IMG/VR virus record: IMGVR_UViG_3300029815_000015
Coordinates: 1 to 58,350 of that record
DNA: 58,350 nucleotides
Direction: 5' to 3' (one strand)
DNA from: a virus
The translations under genes and the position numbers were made by a program. This document shows positions 1 to 9,049 of this stretch, piece after piece; position 1 is the first letter of the stretch, and each line of letters opens with the position of its first letter. The notes under the pieces were generated by a model. The model did not search any database. It saw only the letters and a list, made by a program, of their open reading frames with translations, and was not told the origin of the DNA.

Positions 1-3000
1 GTGCTAACCAGTTTAAGAAAGCCGGTTATAATAGTGCGGAAGAATATGCAGGAAGTTTCCGTAAAAGATTTGGAAAACTTCAAAAGCAGTTGACAGGATA
101 TAAGGTTGATACTAACACTGGAGATGCAACAAATACTTTTTCGCACAACCTTGGTTTGGATTTGACAGAGGTAATGAACTACAACGCCGCTATTGCACAG
201 ATTACAAACTCTGCCGGTATGCTTGGTGAAACATCAATTGCAACTTCAAAAGCACTTACTATGTTATCAGCAGACTGGGCGTCTTTAGCAAACTTAGACA
301 CCGCTGACGTTATGCAAAATTTTCAATCTGGCTTAGTAGGTCAGTCTAGGGCGTTGTATAAGTATGGAATTGACATCACTTCCGCAGGGTTAGCACAAAC
401 GGCAATGAATCACGGTGTTACAGAAAGCATTAAGAACCTTTCGCAACAGTCCAAAATGCAGTTGCGTGTTTTGACTATGTTGGAACAGTCAAAGGTTGCA
501 TATTCGGACTTAGCACGGACAATTAACCAACCCGCAAACCAGTTGAGGATGTTGCAGGCTGGATTTAAGAAACTATCATTGACGATTGGCTCCTTGTTTA
601 TGCCGATTGTTCAGAAAGTGTACCCATACATAAATGCTATGGTTATGGTTTTGCAGGATTTCGCACAGTGGGTAGCGAAACTGGCAGGAATCAAACTTGG
701 TGATACGGATGGTTCACGGAAAACACCAGAGGCACCGGACTACTCCGATGCGGCAGACGATACGAATAAAGTTGCTAAGAACATGGATAAAACGGCTAAA
801 AAGACAAAAAAAGCCGCCGACAATTTGCAGGGATTTGATATTGTAAATAAATTGCAGGACAACAGTGATAGCGATAGTGGTGATACAGACCCTTCTGGTG
901 GAAATGCTAATATTGACCTTTCTAAGGATATTAGTGACGCATTAAAGAACTATGAAAAGATATGGGATAATGCTTTTAAGAGCAACCAGAACAAAGCAGT
1001 TGAGTTGTATAAGAAGATGAAGAAAGCAATCCTTGACGCATGGAAAGGTGGAGATTTCACTTCTCTTGGTTCGGCACTGGCTAACTGGATTAACAAGGGA
1101 ATAAAAAACATTCCATGGACAAAGATTAAAAAGACTACGAAGAAGATTGCTAAATCTCTTGCTACGTTCTTGAATGGATTTGTTAAAGACCTTGATTGGA
1201 CAAAACTTGGAGAAAACTTCTCCGAGGGATTGAATACATGGTTTGAAACATCATACACCTTTTTCAAGACGTTTGATTGGCTCAAATTCGGTCAAAGTAT
1301 TAAAGAGGGTATAACGGCTGCCATAAATAATTTTGACGGTGATTTAGCAGGAAAATCACTTGGAGCAAAGTTGCGTGGTATGATTCAGTTTGCTTTTGGA
1401 GTTATGGTCGACTTCCCATACAAAAACCTTGGAAAGAAAATTGGAGATTACATCAATGGATTTCTTGAAGAGATGGGAGAAGTCCGCAAGAATACTGGAT
1501 TAACTGGATGGCAGGAGTTAGGAAAGACAATCAGTGATGGAATTACTGGAATACTTGATACGATTGACACCGCACTTTCTACCGTAGATTGGTGGGAAGT
1601 AGGAAAAGCAATTGGAGATTTTCTTTCTGAAATAGAATGGGGAAAAACACTTTTGAAAGTAGGGAAAATAATAGTCAAGGGATTATTCAATGCTTTGAAA
1701 GTGGCTATTTCGGCATTTATTAGAGACCCATTAGGTATTGCATTTAAGTTATCAACCGTTCTTATTGGAGTGTTTGCCTATAAAAAATTAAAAATTCTTT
1801 GGGAATCACTAAAAACTGTTTTTAGTGATGGAATAAGCAATTCCTTAATTTCGGCAAAAATAAACTCAAAAGGTTTGACGGATAAATTTAGCGGTTTAGG
1901 GAGTAAAATGGGAAGAGCAATGGGAGTTGCTCTTGTTGCCGCCTATGGATGGTGGGAAAATAGTATTACTGCCGGTGGAGACGCAAAAGGCAATGTGGAA
2001 CGATATGCGAGCGGTACCGATGATAAGTCTATGTTGCTTAAAGAAGTTGTTCAGATGATGGATAAATTCGGTTATGGTTCTAATACTAATACAGTGGATA
2101 GACTTGTTGGACGTCTTAATAAAAAATTAGAAAGTGGAGAAATATCGGAGAAAACGATAAGAAAAGCACTTGATAAAGATTATAAGACAATGACTGATAA
2201 ACAATCCGTACAGTCGGCAGCAGACTTTTTGGATTTGCTTGGTGAAAGCAAAGGTAATGTTGCTACTAAGATAGATAAAGGCAAAAAAGAACTCAATGAT
2301 TATAAACCAATAATTACACAAACGACGAAATATTCAAAGGCTGTAGATACACTTAATAAGAAAATGAAAAAACTTGGAATTTCATCTTCCGAAAGTAAAT
2401 CCATACAGGACAAACTGAAAAAAGCACTCGAAGATGGTGAAATTACGTGGGAAGATTACAAAAAGATAACAGATAAGAACTACAAGTCAACAGATGCATT
2501 GAAGAAGAAAATTGATTCATTGAAGCCAAAAGCAGTAAAAATCAAGGCTGAAACATCTGGCGGTGATGATGTTGATAGTTTGCAGGGGAAAGTAGATAGC
2601 GTAAATAGCAAAACAGTAACAATTACGGCTGGAATTAAAGGGGTTGATATAAAGACGTTTGGCGATTTAAGTATTGCGATGAAAAACATGAAAAATCGTG
2701 ATATAAATGTGAATATTTCCGCTAATTTAAGGAAAGCGTGGTATAAATCTGTTCAGAAAGAATTGTATTCACGGACGTTTTCTATCAACGCAAATACAAA
2801 AGTGATAAAGGCTAGTGGTAAGGAAGTTGAAAAAGCAACTAAAAGCCAAACTGGAAAGAAATACAACGGAGAAAAGTTTAAGAAACTGATGAACGCTGTT
2901 GGAACCACACAAGACCAGTGGGGAAGAGTTGTTATACCTGGAGCAATAGATTACAATGGTAGTAGCAAAAAGGCTAAAGCGGCACAGCAGAGTAAAAAGT

Positions 3001-3359
3001 GGAAAGAACTCATTAAATATTTGAAGAAGTACGGAATAGCAACAAATAATCCAATATTGTTTGCTAACGGTGGATTTCCGGAAGATGGTTGGTTCCGCGC
3101 AAGCCACGGAGAAATGATGGGTAAATTCGACAATGGTAAGTCGGTTGTTGCAAATAACAAACAGATTACTACCGGTATTTCCGAAGCGGTTGCACCGGCT
3201 GTTTATGCGGCTACAAAGGCGGCAATCAAAGAGGAATTATCGAATGCAAATGTCGGTGGCGGTGATGTTTACCTTGACGGAACAAAAGTAACAACGGCAA
3301 TTATGAACAACGCAAAGAAAATCTCCAAGAATAAAGGAATTTCTTGGAACATGGCTTAA
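1..3359 (+). CDS. Tail tape measure protein, C-terminal part (continues the ORF starting at 57198 across the contig junction; about 1476 aa in total)
   Basis: Frame 3 is open from nt 3. Nt 1-81 equal 58270-58350 and are in phase with ATG 57198. Very long Ala/Gly/Lys/Ser-rich protein between tail chaperone genes and tail tip genes. Confidence 0.85.
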   Translation, partial: ANQFKKAGYNSAEEYAGSFRKRFGKLQKQLTGYKVDTNTGDATNTFSHNLGLDLTEVMNYNAAIAQITNSAGMLGETSIATSKALTMLSADWASLANLDTADVMQNFQSGLVGQSRALYKYGIDITSAGLAQTAMNHGVTESIKNLSQQSKMQLRVLTMLEQSKVAYSDLARTINQPANQLRMLQAGFKKLSLTIGSLFMPIVQKVYPYINAMVMVLQDFAQWVAKLAGIKLGDTDGSRKTPEAPDYSDAADDTNKVAKNMDKTAKKTKKAADNLQGFDIVNKLQDNSDSDSGDTDPSGGNANIDLSKDISDALKNYEKIWDNAFKSNQNKAVELYKKMKKAILDAWKGGDFTSLGSALANWINKGIKNIPWTKIKKTTKKIAKSLATFLNGFVKDLDWTKLGENFSEGLNTWFETSYTFFKTFDWLKFGQSIKEGITAAINNFDGDLAGKSLGAKLRGMIQFAFGVMVDFPYKNLGKKIGDYINGFLEEMGEVRKNTGLTGWQELGKTISDGITGILDTIDTALSTVDWWEVGKAIGDFLSEIEWGKTLLKVGKIIVKGLFNALKVAISAFIRDPLGIAFKLSTVLIGVFAYKKLKILWESLKTVFSDGISNSLISAKINSKGLTDKFSGLGSKMGRAMGVALVAAYGWWENSITAGGDAKGNVERYASGTDDKSMLLKEVVQMMDKFGYGSNTNTVDRLVGRLNKKLESGEISEKTIRKALDKDYKTMTDKQSVQSAADFLDLLGESKGNVATKIDKGKKELNDYKPIITQTTKYSKAVDTLNKKMKKLGISSSESKSIQDKLKKALEDGEITWEDYKKITDKNYKSTDALKKKIDSLKPKAVKIKAETSGGDDVDSLQGKVDSVNSKTVTITAGIKGVDIKTFGDLSIAMKNMKNRDINVNISANLRKAWYKSVQKELYSRTFSINANTKVIKASGKEVEKATKSQTGKKYNGEKFKKLMNAVGTTQDQWGRVVIPGAIDYNGSSKKAKAAQQSKKWKELIKYLKKYGIATNNPILFANGGFPEDGWFRASHGEMMGKFDNGKSVVANNKQITTGISEAVAPAVYAATKAAIKEELSNANVGGGDVYLDGTKVTTAIMNNAKKISKNKGISWNMA

Positions 3360-3363
3360 AGAA

Positions 3364-3392
3364 AGAGGCTCATGCGAATGAGTCTCTTTTTT
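3364..3392 (+). terminator. Intrinsic terminator after TMP
   Basis: 10-bp stem AGAGGCTCAT/ATGAGTCTCT (one G-U), GCGA loop, then T6. Confidence 0.7.
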
Positions 3393-3417
3393 ATGTGAAA
3401 AAGTTAGGAGGTGTCAT

Positions 3418-3813
3418 ATGGCATTTACGTTGAAGTTTGGTTGGACTAAGGACAGTTTAGAAGATATGCCAACACCAAAATATGAGGGATGGAAAATCTC
3501 ACGAGAAAAAGTGTGGAACGCAAAAGCAGGAAGAAGTTCAAAAGCACTTTACAACGGAAAGATAGTTGCAAAGAAAGTAACGCTTGACATGGCATTTCCA
3601 GCAAATTTGACGCCAAGCGAAATCAAGAAGTTGATGAAGTACGCAGACCCGGATGATTTATCAAACCGGTACGGCTACATACAGTTCACCAATGAAAAAG
3701 GAGAAAAAGAAACAAAGCAGTTTTATTTTGGAAACCCTAGTTTTGACGCAATGACTTTTTTTAATGGAAAGTTTATTTGGTCTAGCATACAGATACAGGC
3801 GGTGGAGCGATGA
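3418..3813 (+). CDS. Small tail protein in the distal-tail-protein position (131 aa)
   Basis: SD AGGAGGTG upstream of ATG. First gene after TMP. Much shorter than typical Dit, so function is by position only. Confidence 0.45.
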   Translation: MAFTLKFGWTKDSLEDMPTPKYEGWKISREKVWNAKAGRSSKALYNGKIVAKKVTLDMAFPANLTPSEIKKLMKYADPDDLSNRYGYIQFTNEKGEKETKQFYFGNPSFDAMTFFNGKFIWSSIQIQAVER

Positions 3814-6800
3814 GTTATACAGCAAAAGTTTTTTATGTTTTGGAAAGCGACCCTACATATACATTGAAATATGATTCACTTGTAAAAGATGTAAATATCG
3901 GAGATTCGTTTAGTTTGTCTTTTTTGGATTTTGACTATAACAAAACGCATTACCACGTAAAATACGCTATCAATAACGGAAGTGTGTATAAACGTGGCGT
4001 AAATACGATTGACTGTAAAAGCATGATGATTTCGGATGATTATAGGTATATGTCTTGGTACGTGTTCTGCACAGAAGATGAAACAGATATTACTGGAGAC
4101 TGTGCAGTTTCCTATACTGACATAGCAACAGAATTATATTTGAGTATAAGTACAGGAAATTCGGATAGTGTAAGCACAAGAGGAAAAGAAACGCTAATAT
4201 CTGTAAGTATATCGCAAGGTTGTGTTAGCGATTCATTTGCCAGTTATGGCTCTACTTATAGTCCTACTATGAGTTGTGAAATGTATGCAGAAAATAACGA
4301 TTTTACGGATGCCCTTATTGCAAAGACATATTACGATAATACATTAAAAGGAACTATTGTAAATGCATGGATTCTTATAGGAAATGAATTTGCATATCCA
4401 GTACCTATCGGAAGATTTGTTGTAAAAGAAAATCCAACATACAACGGTGATACTGTTTCATTTACTGGAAACGGTTTAATGAGCGAATACATGGATAGGG
4501 CCAAAATCGTCATTAGTTCGCTAAACGAATATCACAAAACGGAATTGGAAGAAAAATACGTACCTAGTCAATTGCAGTTTATCTACACACGTGACGACGT
4601 TTATTATTGGGAGTATTTACCGCAAGACTTTTTGCGTGTCACAGGATGTCCGCTATACATTGATAATTGGAAAGATGTTTTGTCTGCAATCAAACAATAT
4701 AAGTTGTACCATTTGATGATTCCTATGTTATCAAATTTTGCGGACAATGAAGAAGATGGTTACGATTGGGATTGGGAAAGCAGAATCACGTGGAGAGATT
4801 TGTTGTCTGGCATAGCAGTTTTGTTGCGTGCAAATGTGATTGAAAAGAACGGTGCCTTTTATATTAAGCAGTTGCCAGAGTTGCAAGCAGATAACAATTA
4901 CAGACCTATATTTGGTGGAGATACCTATGATTCTAATGCGATTTTCGGGAACAACCTTATGTGTCCAAACAACGTATCTGTAAAGGCTAATAATTGGTAC
5001 TTTTACGAGACAAACAGTGACTATGTTGGATTTGGATATTATGACGGTGAATCCACGGTCGTATTGAATGACAAGGCAAGCAGTGTATCGAATGTAGAGA
5101 ATTATCCAGTGACTATTGAAACGCCTTGGATATTATACGAAACGCTTGACAGGAATACGGTTCATACGCATTTAGGGCAAGTTACGCCAATGCAGTGGAA
5201 AACAGGGTTATCCTTTTTGAATAAGGCGTTTGTTTACCATAAAGCGAGTATCGAAACAATGTACTGGCATCCTCTTATGTCGGTTGGCGAAATGCTTACG
5301 TTCGAGGACTATGACGGAGTTAAGAAGTATGTGTTTGTCGGAGAAATGACGCTACACTACGATGGTGGATTTTATGCGGAGATTACATCGCCTTGTGAAG
5401 TGACAGAGAGTAACACATCTTCTGGTGGTAGTAGCGGAACTAATAGTTACAACAATGGAACAATGGCGCAGGCAAGCGGAACGGTTACTAGTACAATCTT
5501 TGGTGCTATTTTCAAGGATGGAGTTATTACAAATAGTAAAATTGCGGATTCCACGATTGAGAATAGTAAGATTAAAAATTCTACAATAACCAACGCAAAG
5601 ATTGCGGATGCTACGATTGAATGGGAAAAGGTGTCGAAATCTTTTATTACGGATTTGACGGCAGATAATGCGTATATTGAACATCTGAAAGCAACTATCG
5701 GTGAGTTTGGATATATTACTGCCGAAAATGCTGATTTGACATACGCAACTATTACATCACTGCAAGCAGTAGACGGGAAGATAGATTCATTGTCCTCAAA
5801 GGCTATTACTACAGAAAACCTTAGTGCAAAGGTAGCAGACCTAGGCTATTTGTCAGCGGAGAGTGCAGATTTAAAATATGCAAACATCAAATTATCCAAT
5901 ATTGAAGTTGCAGATATTGCTACATTATTTGCAGAAGTTGGTCTTATTGATAGAGCAACAATCGTAGAAGGACATATCACTGGTTTTTTAGACAGTGTTG
6001 AAGTCAACGCCGCAAACATTACGGCCGGCACTTTAGTGGCAGACAGAATATTGCTAAAAGGCGAAAATGGTTTGCTTTATTCGCTGAATAATTTAGGAGA
6101 ACTTCAAAGTAAAACAGTTGATACTTTGGATGGATATATACTTACTGACCGGACCGTAAATGCAGATAAAATCGTAGCAAAAAGCATAACAGCAAATGAA
6201 CTTGATGTTGAAAAGGTTTTTGCGGATTCTGCTGTTATTAAAAAAATATTTTCGCAAGACGTGACGGCAACCGGAACAATCACTGGTGCAACATTAAAAG
6301 GTGCAAATGCAGAGATAGATAACGGTTTGATTGGTGGATTTAATATAAAGGAAGATGGAATATCAAAAGCATACACGAAAAGTAGCAGTGAAGCTTCCGA
6401 AAAGCAAGATTCATATGAATTAGACATATCAAGCAATGGTATTCCTTCATTTAAAGGAACTGGCCAAATATGGAAAGATAACAGTACAAAAGTTATTTAT
6501 GAATCAATTTTTGATAACACATTAACAATAGACCAGTATATGTTTTTAAATAATTCAAATATAAAACAATCATGGTTTAGAACGAAGTTTGCTGATTCAT
6601 ATGCCGGAAATATAACCATATCCGAATTAACATCAGACGGAGTATTGCGACAAAGAACTAGTTATGGACTAGGGTATGTAGCTAATAGATTATATGAAAA
6701 TGGAGAACTATCGGAAGAACTCCCATTTATGGTCGATTCCCCCCTTAAAATACTCTCTAATCATAATGCATCACTGACGAATTACGACTTACAAATTTCG

Positions 6801-7295
6801 TCTAATACTGGAAACCACATGAATATTGGACAAAGAACGATTCAAGCGGTCGACAAGAACAATGCTGCGACAACTTTATATTTAAACAGTTATGGAGGAA
6901 GTATTTCAATTGGTAGAGTTAATGGAGCTGGAACCACTACATTAAATGCTAATGTTGTTTTTGGAAAGCATTGTTCGAGTGTGACAACAACGACACCTAG
7001 TTCAACCATTTTATATGGTATTACAATGAATGGTGGATTATTTAAAGCCGTAGTATTTCGCAACTATCCAATCGCTTCAGCATCCCCTTGGGCAAGCATT
7101 GTTCAAACAAAGTTAATGTCGGGTGATTCCGGTGCAGCAGATGTTACCCAGTATCACAACATGGTAACTGGTAGAGGTGAATGTGTTAGAGTGGCTTTTA
7201 ATGCTAATACTGGAAACCTAGAAGTTAATGCACAATATAACGACATAACCAATGATACCCTGAACGGAATAGCGATATTCCCGGTGTTACAATAA
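3810..7295 (+). CDS. Tail fibre / host-recognition protein (1161 aa)
   Basis: ATGA overlap with the previous gene. Ser/Thr/Asn-rich with repeated ..ADSTIENSKIKNSTITNAKIADATIE.. and coiled-coil stretches (ADLTYATITSLQAVDGKIDSL..). Position after TMP. Confidence 0.75.
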   Translation: MSYTAKVFYVLESDPTYTLKYDSLVKDVNIGDSFSLSFLDFDYNKTHYHVKYAINNGSVYKRGVNTIDCKSMMISDDYRYMSWYVFCTEDETDITGDCAVSYTDIATELYLSISTGNSDSVSTRGKETLISVSISQGCVSDSFASYGSTYSPTMSCEMYAENNDFTDALIAKTYYDNTLKGTIVNAWILIGNEFAYPVPIGRFVVKENPTYNGDTVSFTGNGLMSEYMDRAKIVISSLNEYHKTELEEKYVPSQLQFIYTRDDVYYWEYLPQDFLRVTGCPLYIDNWKDVLSAIKQYKLYHLMIPMLSNFADNEEDGYDWDWESRITWRDLLSGIAVLLRANVIEKNGAFYIKQLPELQADNNYRPIFGGDTYDSNAIFGNNLMCPNNVSVKANNWYFYETNSDYVGFGYYDGESTVVLNDKASSVSNVENYPVTIETPWILYETLDRNTVHTHLGQVTPMQWKTGLSFLNKAFVYHKASIETMYWHPLMSVGEMLTFEDYDGVKKYVFVGEMTLHYDGGFYAEITSPCEVTESNTSSGGSSGTNSYNNGTMAQASGTVTSTIFGAIFKDGVITNSKIADSTIENSKIKNSTITNAKIADATIEWEKVSKSFITDLTADNAYIEHLKATIGEFGYITAENADLTYATITSLQAVDGKIDSLSSKAITTENLSAKVADLGYLSAESADLKYANIKLSNIEVADIATLFAEVGLIDRATIVEGHITGFLDSVEVNAANITAGTLVADRILLKGENGLLYSLNNLGELQSKTVDTLDGYILTDRTVNADKIVAKSITANELDVEKVFADSAVIKKIFSQDVTATGTITGATLKGANAEIDNGLIGGFNIKEDGISKAYTKSSSEASEKQDSYELDISSNGIPSFKGTGQIWKDNSTKVIYESIFDNTLTIDQYMFLNNSNIKQSWFRTKFADSYAGNITISELTSDGVLRQRTSYGLGYVANRLYENGELSEELPFMVDSPLKILSNHNASLTNYDLQISSNTGNHMNIGQRTIQAVDKNNAATTLYLNSYGGSISIGRVNGAGTTTLNANVVFGKHCSSVTTTTPSSTILYGITMNGGLFKAVVFRNYPIASASPWASIVQTKLMSGDSGAADVTQYHNMVTGRGECVRVAFNANTGNLEVNAQYNDITNDTLNGIAIFPVLQ

Positions 7296-7323
7296 ATAAT
7301 TCAAATTTAGGAGGTAAAAAGAA

Positions 7324-7503
7324 ATGGATGAAAACAAAATCACAATCATTGACTACGTGGAGAAGAAATTGTCTGCTGAAATCGCAGAACTTAAGGTTCT
7401 GCTTGCAAAGACGGAGTTTAAGGCTTTTGCTTTGCAGGAAGAAAACGAGCAATTAAAAGCAAAGTTGGCAGAAAAAGAGGAAAAATCCGAAAAGGATGAA
7501 TAA
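7324..7503 (+). CDS. Small coiled-coil protein (59 aa)
   Basis: SD AGGAGGT 7 nt upstream of ATG. Heptad-like E/K/L-rich sequence. Below the ORF-track length cut-off. Confidence 0.45.
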   Translation: MDENKITIIDYVEKKLSAEIAELKVLLAKTEFKAFALQEENEQLKAKLAEKEEKSEKDE

Positions 7504-7619
7504 TATTTTTGAATCCTACATATAATATATTACATGGCAATCCCATGTAATCAAGTTTCGGTTTGGGAGAGGGGTTGCAAATTCCCCTTTCCCTACAATT
7601 ATATGCTAGGAGGAGATTT

Positions 7620-7757
7620 ATGGTAGGAGAACGCAGGAAATATAGAAGAAAGTTAAAGAAACTTATTTCCAAGATGAAAAACGTAGATTCGTTGAGATAT
7701 TACTACGGGTACATTGCAGAAAAAGAAAGATTGAAAGGTAATACTTATAAGGTATAA
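7620..7757 (+). CDS. Small basic protein (45 aa)
   Basis: SD AGGAGGAG then ATG 7620. Lys/Arg-rich. The ORF-track version starts further upstream at a non-ATG codon. Confidence 0.35.
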   Translation: MVGERRKYRRKLKKLISKMKNVDSLRYYYGYIAEKERLKGNTYKV

Positions 7758-7765
7758 TGAAATGG

Positions 7766-7795
7766 AGTAGGATAAAAAACCTACTTCGTTTTTTT
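7766..7795. terminator. Terminator between convergent genes
   Basis: Stem AGTAGG/CCTACT followed by a T-run, lying between the + strand tail genes and the minus-strand repressor gene. Confidence 0.5.
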
Positions 7796-7820
7796 ATTTA
7801 CACAATAATGAATGGTATCA

Positions 7821-8177
7821 TTATTTAGTATCAGTTTTGTTTGCTCTCCAAAGCAGGTCAATTCCCTCTAAAATATATTTTTTGGCTTTTTCATCGAGGG
7901 TATAATATTTCTTAATGGCTTCTTTTAGTTCTACATCTTCTGAAATATGAGCATCCAAAATGGCATCTTCTTCTGAATATGTTTTATCTTCTCCATTAAC
8001 CAAATAATCAATAGAGCAATCTAAACATTTTGCAATTTTTCTAATTTTTGAAATTTTAGGCTCACTTTTACCCTTTTTCCAATCGGAAAATGTACTTTTG
8101 GGAAAATCACAATATCCTGCTACTTGTGCGTCATTTAAACCTTTTAAATCTCTTAATTTACAGTATCTTTCGTACAT
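7821..8177 (-). CDS. cI-like HTH (XRE-family) repressor, 118 aa
   Basis: HTH segment LNDAQVAGYCDFPKSTFSDWKKGKSEPKISKIRKIAKCL. Start moved to the ATG at 8177, preceded by AAGGAG. Divergent from a cro-like gene. Confidence 0.8.
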   Translation of the reverse strand: MYERYCKLRDLKGLNDAQVAGYCDFPKSTFSDWKKGKSEPKISKIRKIAKCLDCSIDYLVNGEDKTYSEEDAILDAHISEDVELKEAIKKYYTLDEKAKKYILEGIDLLWRANKTDTK

Positions 8178-8224
8178 AGAAAATCTCCTTATCAAAAAAA
8201 GTTGCAATTTCTCAACTTTTAGGG

Positions 8225-8253
8225 TTGACAATCAAGACTTCCTAATGTATTAT
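8225..8253 (+). promoter_or_regulatory. Rightward promoter TTGACA-17-TATTAT
   Basis: -35 at 8225-8230, 17-nt spacer, -10 at 8248-8253. 7-bp inverted repeat TTCCTAA/TTAGGAA (8239-8245, 8263-8269) is centred on the -10. Confidence 0.65.
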
Positions 8254-8276
8254 AAAAACAAGTTAGGAAATCTCAA
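8249..8276 (-). promoter_or_regulatory. Leftward promoter for the repressor gene (TTGAGA-16-TATAAT)
   Basis: On the minus strand, -35 at 8276..8271 and -10 at 8254..8249. This -10 overlaps the -10 of the rightward promoter. Confidence 0.55.
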
Positions 8277-8394
8277 CCAATTCAAAATTGAGGAATTTAT
8301 ATTATGTTTTTTGCACAATTCATAGTATACACGATTTTCTAACTTTTATCAAGACATAGTTGTGAAAATCGAACAACTAAAAAGGATTTTCGGT

Positions 8395-8427
8395 AAAAAG
8401 ACTGTTAGTGTGCCGTCACTAACAGTC
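8395..8427 (-). terminator. Intrinsic terminator (minus strand)
   Basis: 11-bp perfect stem GACTGTTAGTG/CACTAACAGTC with a 6-nt loop. T5 follows only on the minus strand. Confidence 0.75.
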
Positions 8428-8774
8428 CTTTACCCCAATTTTTATACCGTATGCACTTTGCAGTCTTTCGACGCATTGTACGACACCAATGCTTCTTAAA
8501 GCACTCTGCCACTTATGCAGTTTGGGTTCAGCATAATTTATTGCCATTAGTTGGCAGATTGCAAGGAACAAGCGGTGTAGTGTGACAAATATCGGAATGT
8601 CAACCTCGAGTTTTTAACGAACTTCTCTGTTCGGCTACGCTACACTTGATGTTACATTTTACTCCATTTTAACGTGCTGTGGCTTCACGATTGCGACCTT
8701 GCAAATGCGGAACAGGCAAATTCAAAATTGCTTTCAAGGTATACACCTCCTAAGATGAATTTACCTAAAATGGC
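8396..8774 (-). ncRNA. Candidate ~380-nt non-coding (or 22-codon leader-peptide) RNA in the immunity region
   Basis: Bounded by a consensus promoter (8809..8781) and the terminator (8427..8395). No ORF above 22 codons. GC-richer than the flanks, with many local hairpins. Confidence 0.5.
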
Positions 8775-8780
8775 TTATTT

Positions 8781-8809
8781 ATTATAACGAAAATCCTAAC
8801 GCAAGTCAA
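8781..8809 (-). promoter_or_regulatory. Consensus promoter TTGACT-17-TATAAT (minus strand)
   Basis: Reverse complement of 8781-8809 reads TTGACT tgcgttaggattttcgt TATAAT. Confidence 0.7.
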
Positions 8810-8825
8810 GAAAGGAGATGAAATT

Positions 8826-9035
8826 TTGGACAAGGGAAATAGAAAGAAAAGTTTTAAAAAGTTAGAATTGCTTGTTAATTCGAGAAACATTACCTTTTAT
8901 AAATTGGCTGATGAACTCGGATTGGCGAGAAGCACTTTTTCGGATTGGAAATCTGGAAAATCAATGCCAAAGACGGATAAATTGATTAAGATTTCAAATT
9001 ACTTTGGTGTAGAAATTTCTTATTTTATTGAGTAG
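8826..9035 (+). CDS. Cro-like HTH (XRE-family) protein, 69 aa
   Basis: TTG start 8 nt after AAGGAG. HTH segment ITFYKLADELGLARSTFSDWKSGKSMPKTDKLIKISNYFG. Confidence 0.7.
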   Translation: MDKGNRKKSFKKLELLVNSRNITFYKLADELGLARSTFSDWKSGKSMPKTDKLIKISNYFGVEISYFIE

Positions 9036-9049
9036 AGAAAGGAGCAGGC

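Noticed and set aside
950-3160. Minus-strand track ORFs inside the tape measure gene (950..1285, 1448..1690, 2127..2321, 2480..2689, 2769..3107, 2951..3160)
   Set aside because: They are antisense shadows of a long, compositionally biased gene. They have no SDs and low-complexity translations. The same reasoning applies to antisense ORFs inside the fibre, SbcC-like, primase, terL, portal and scaffold genes.
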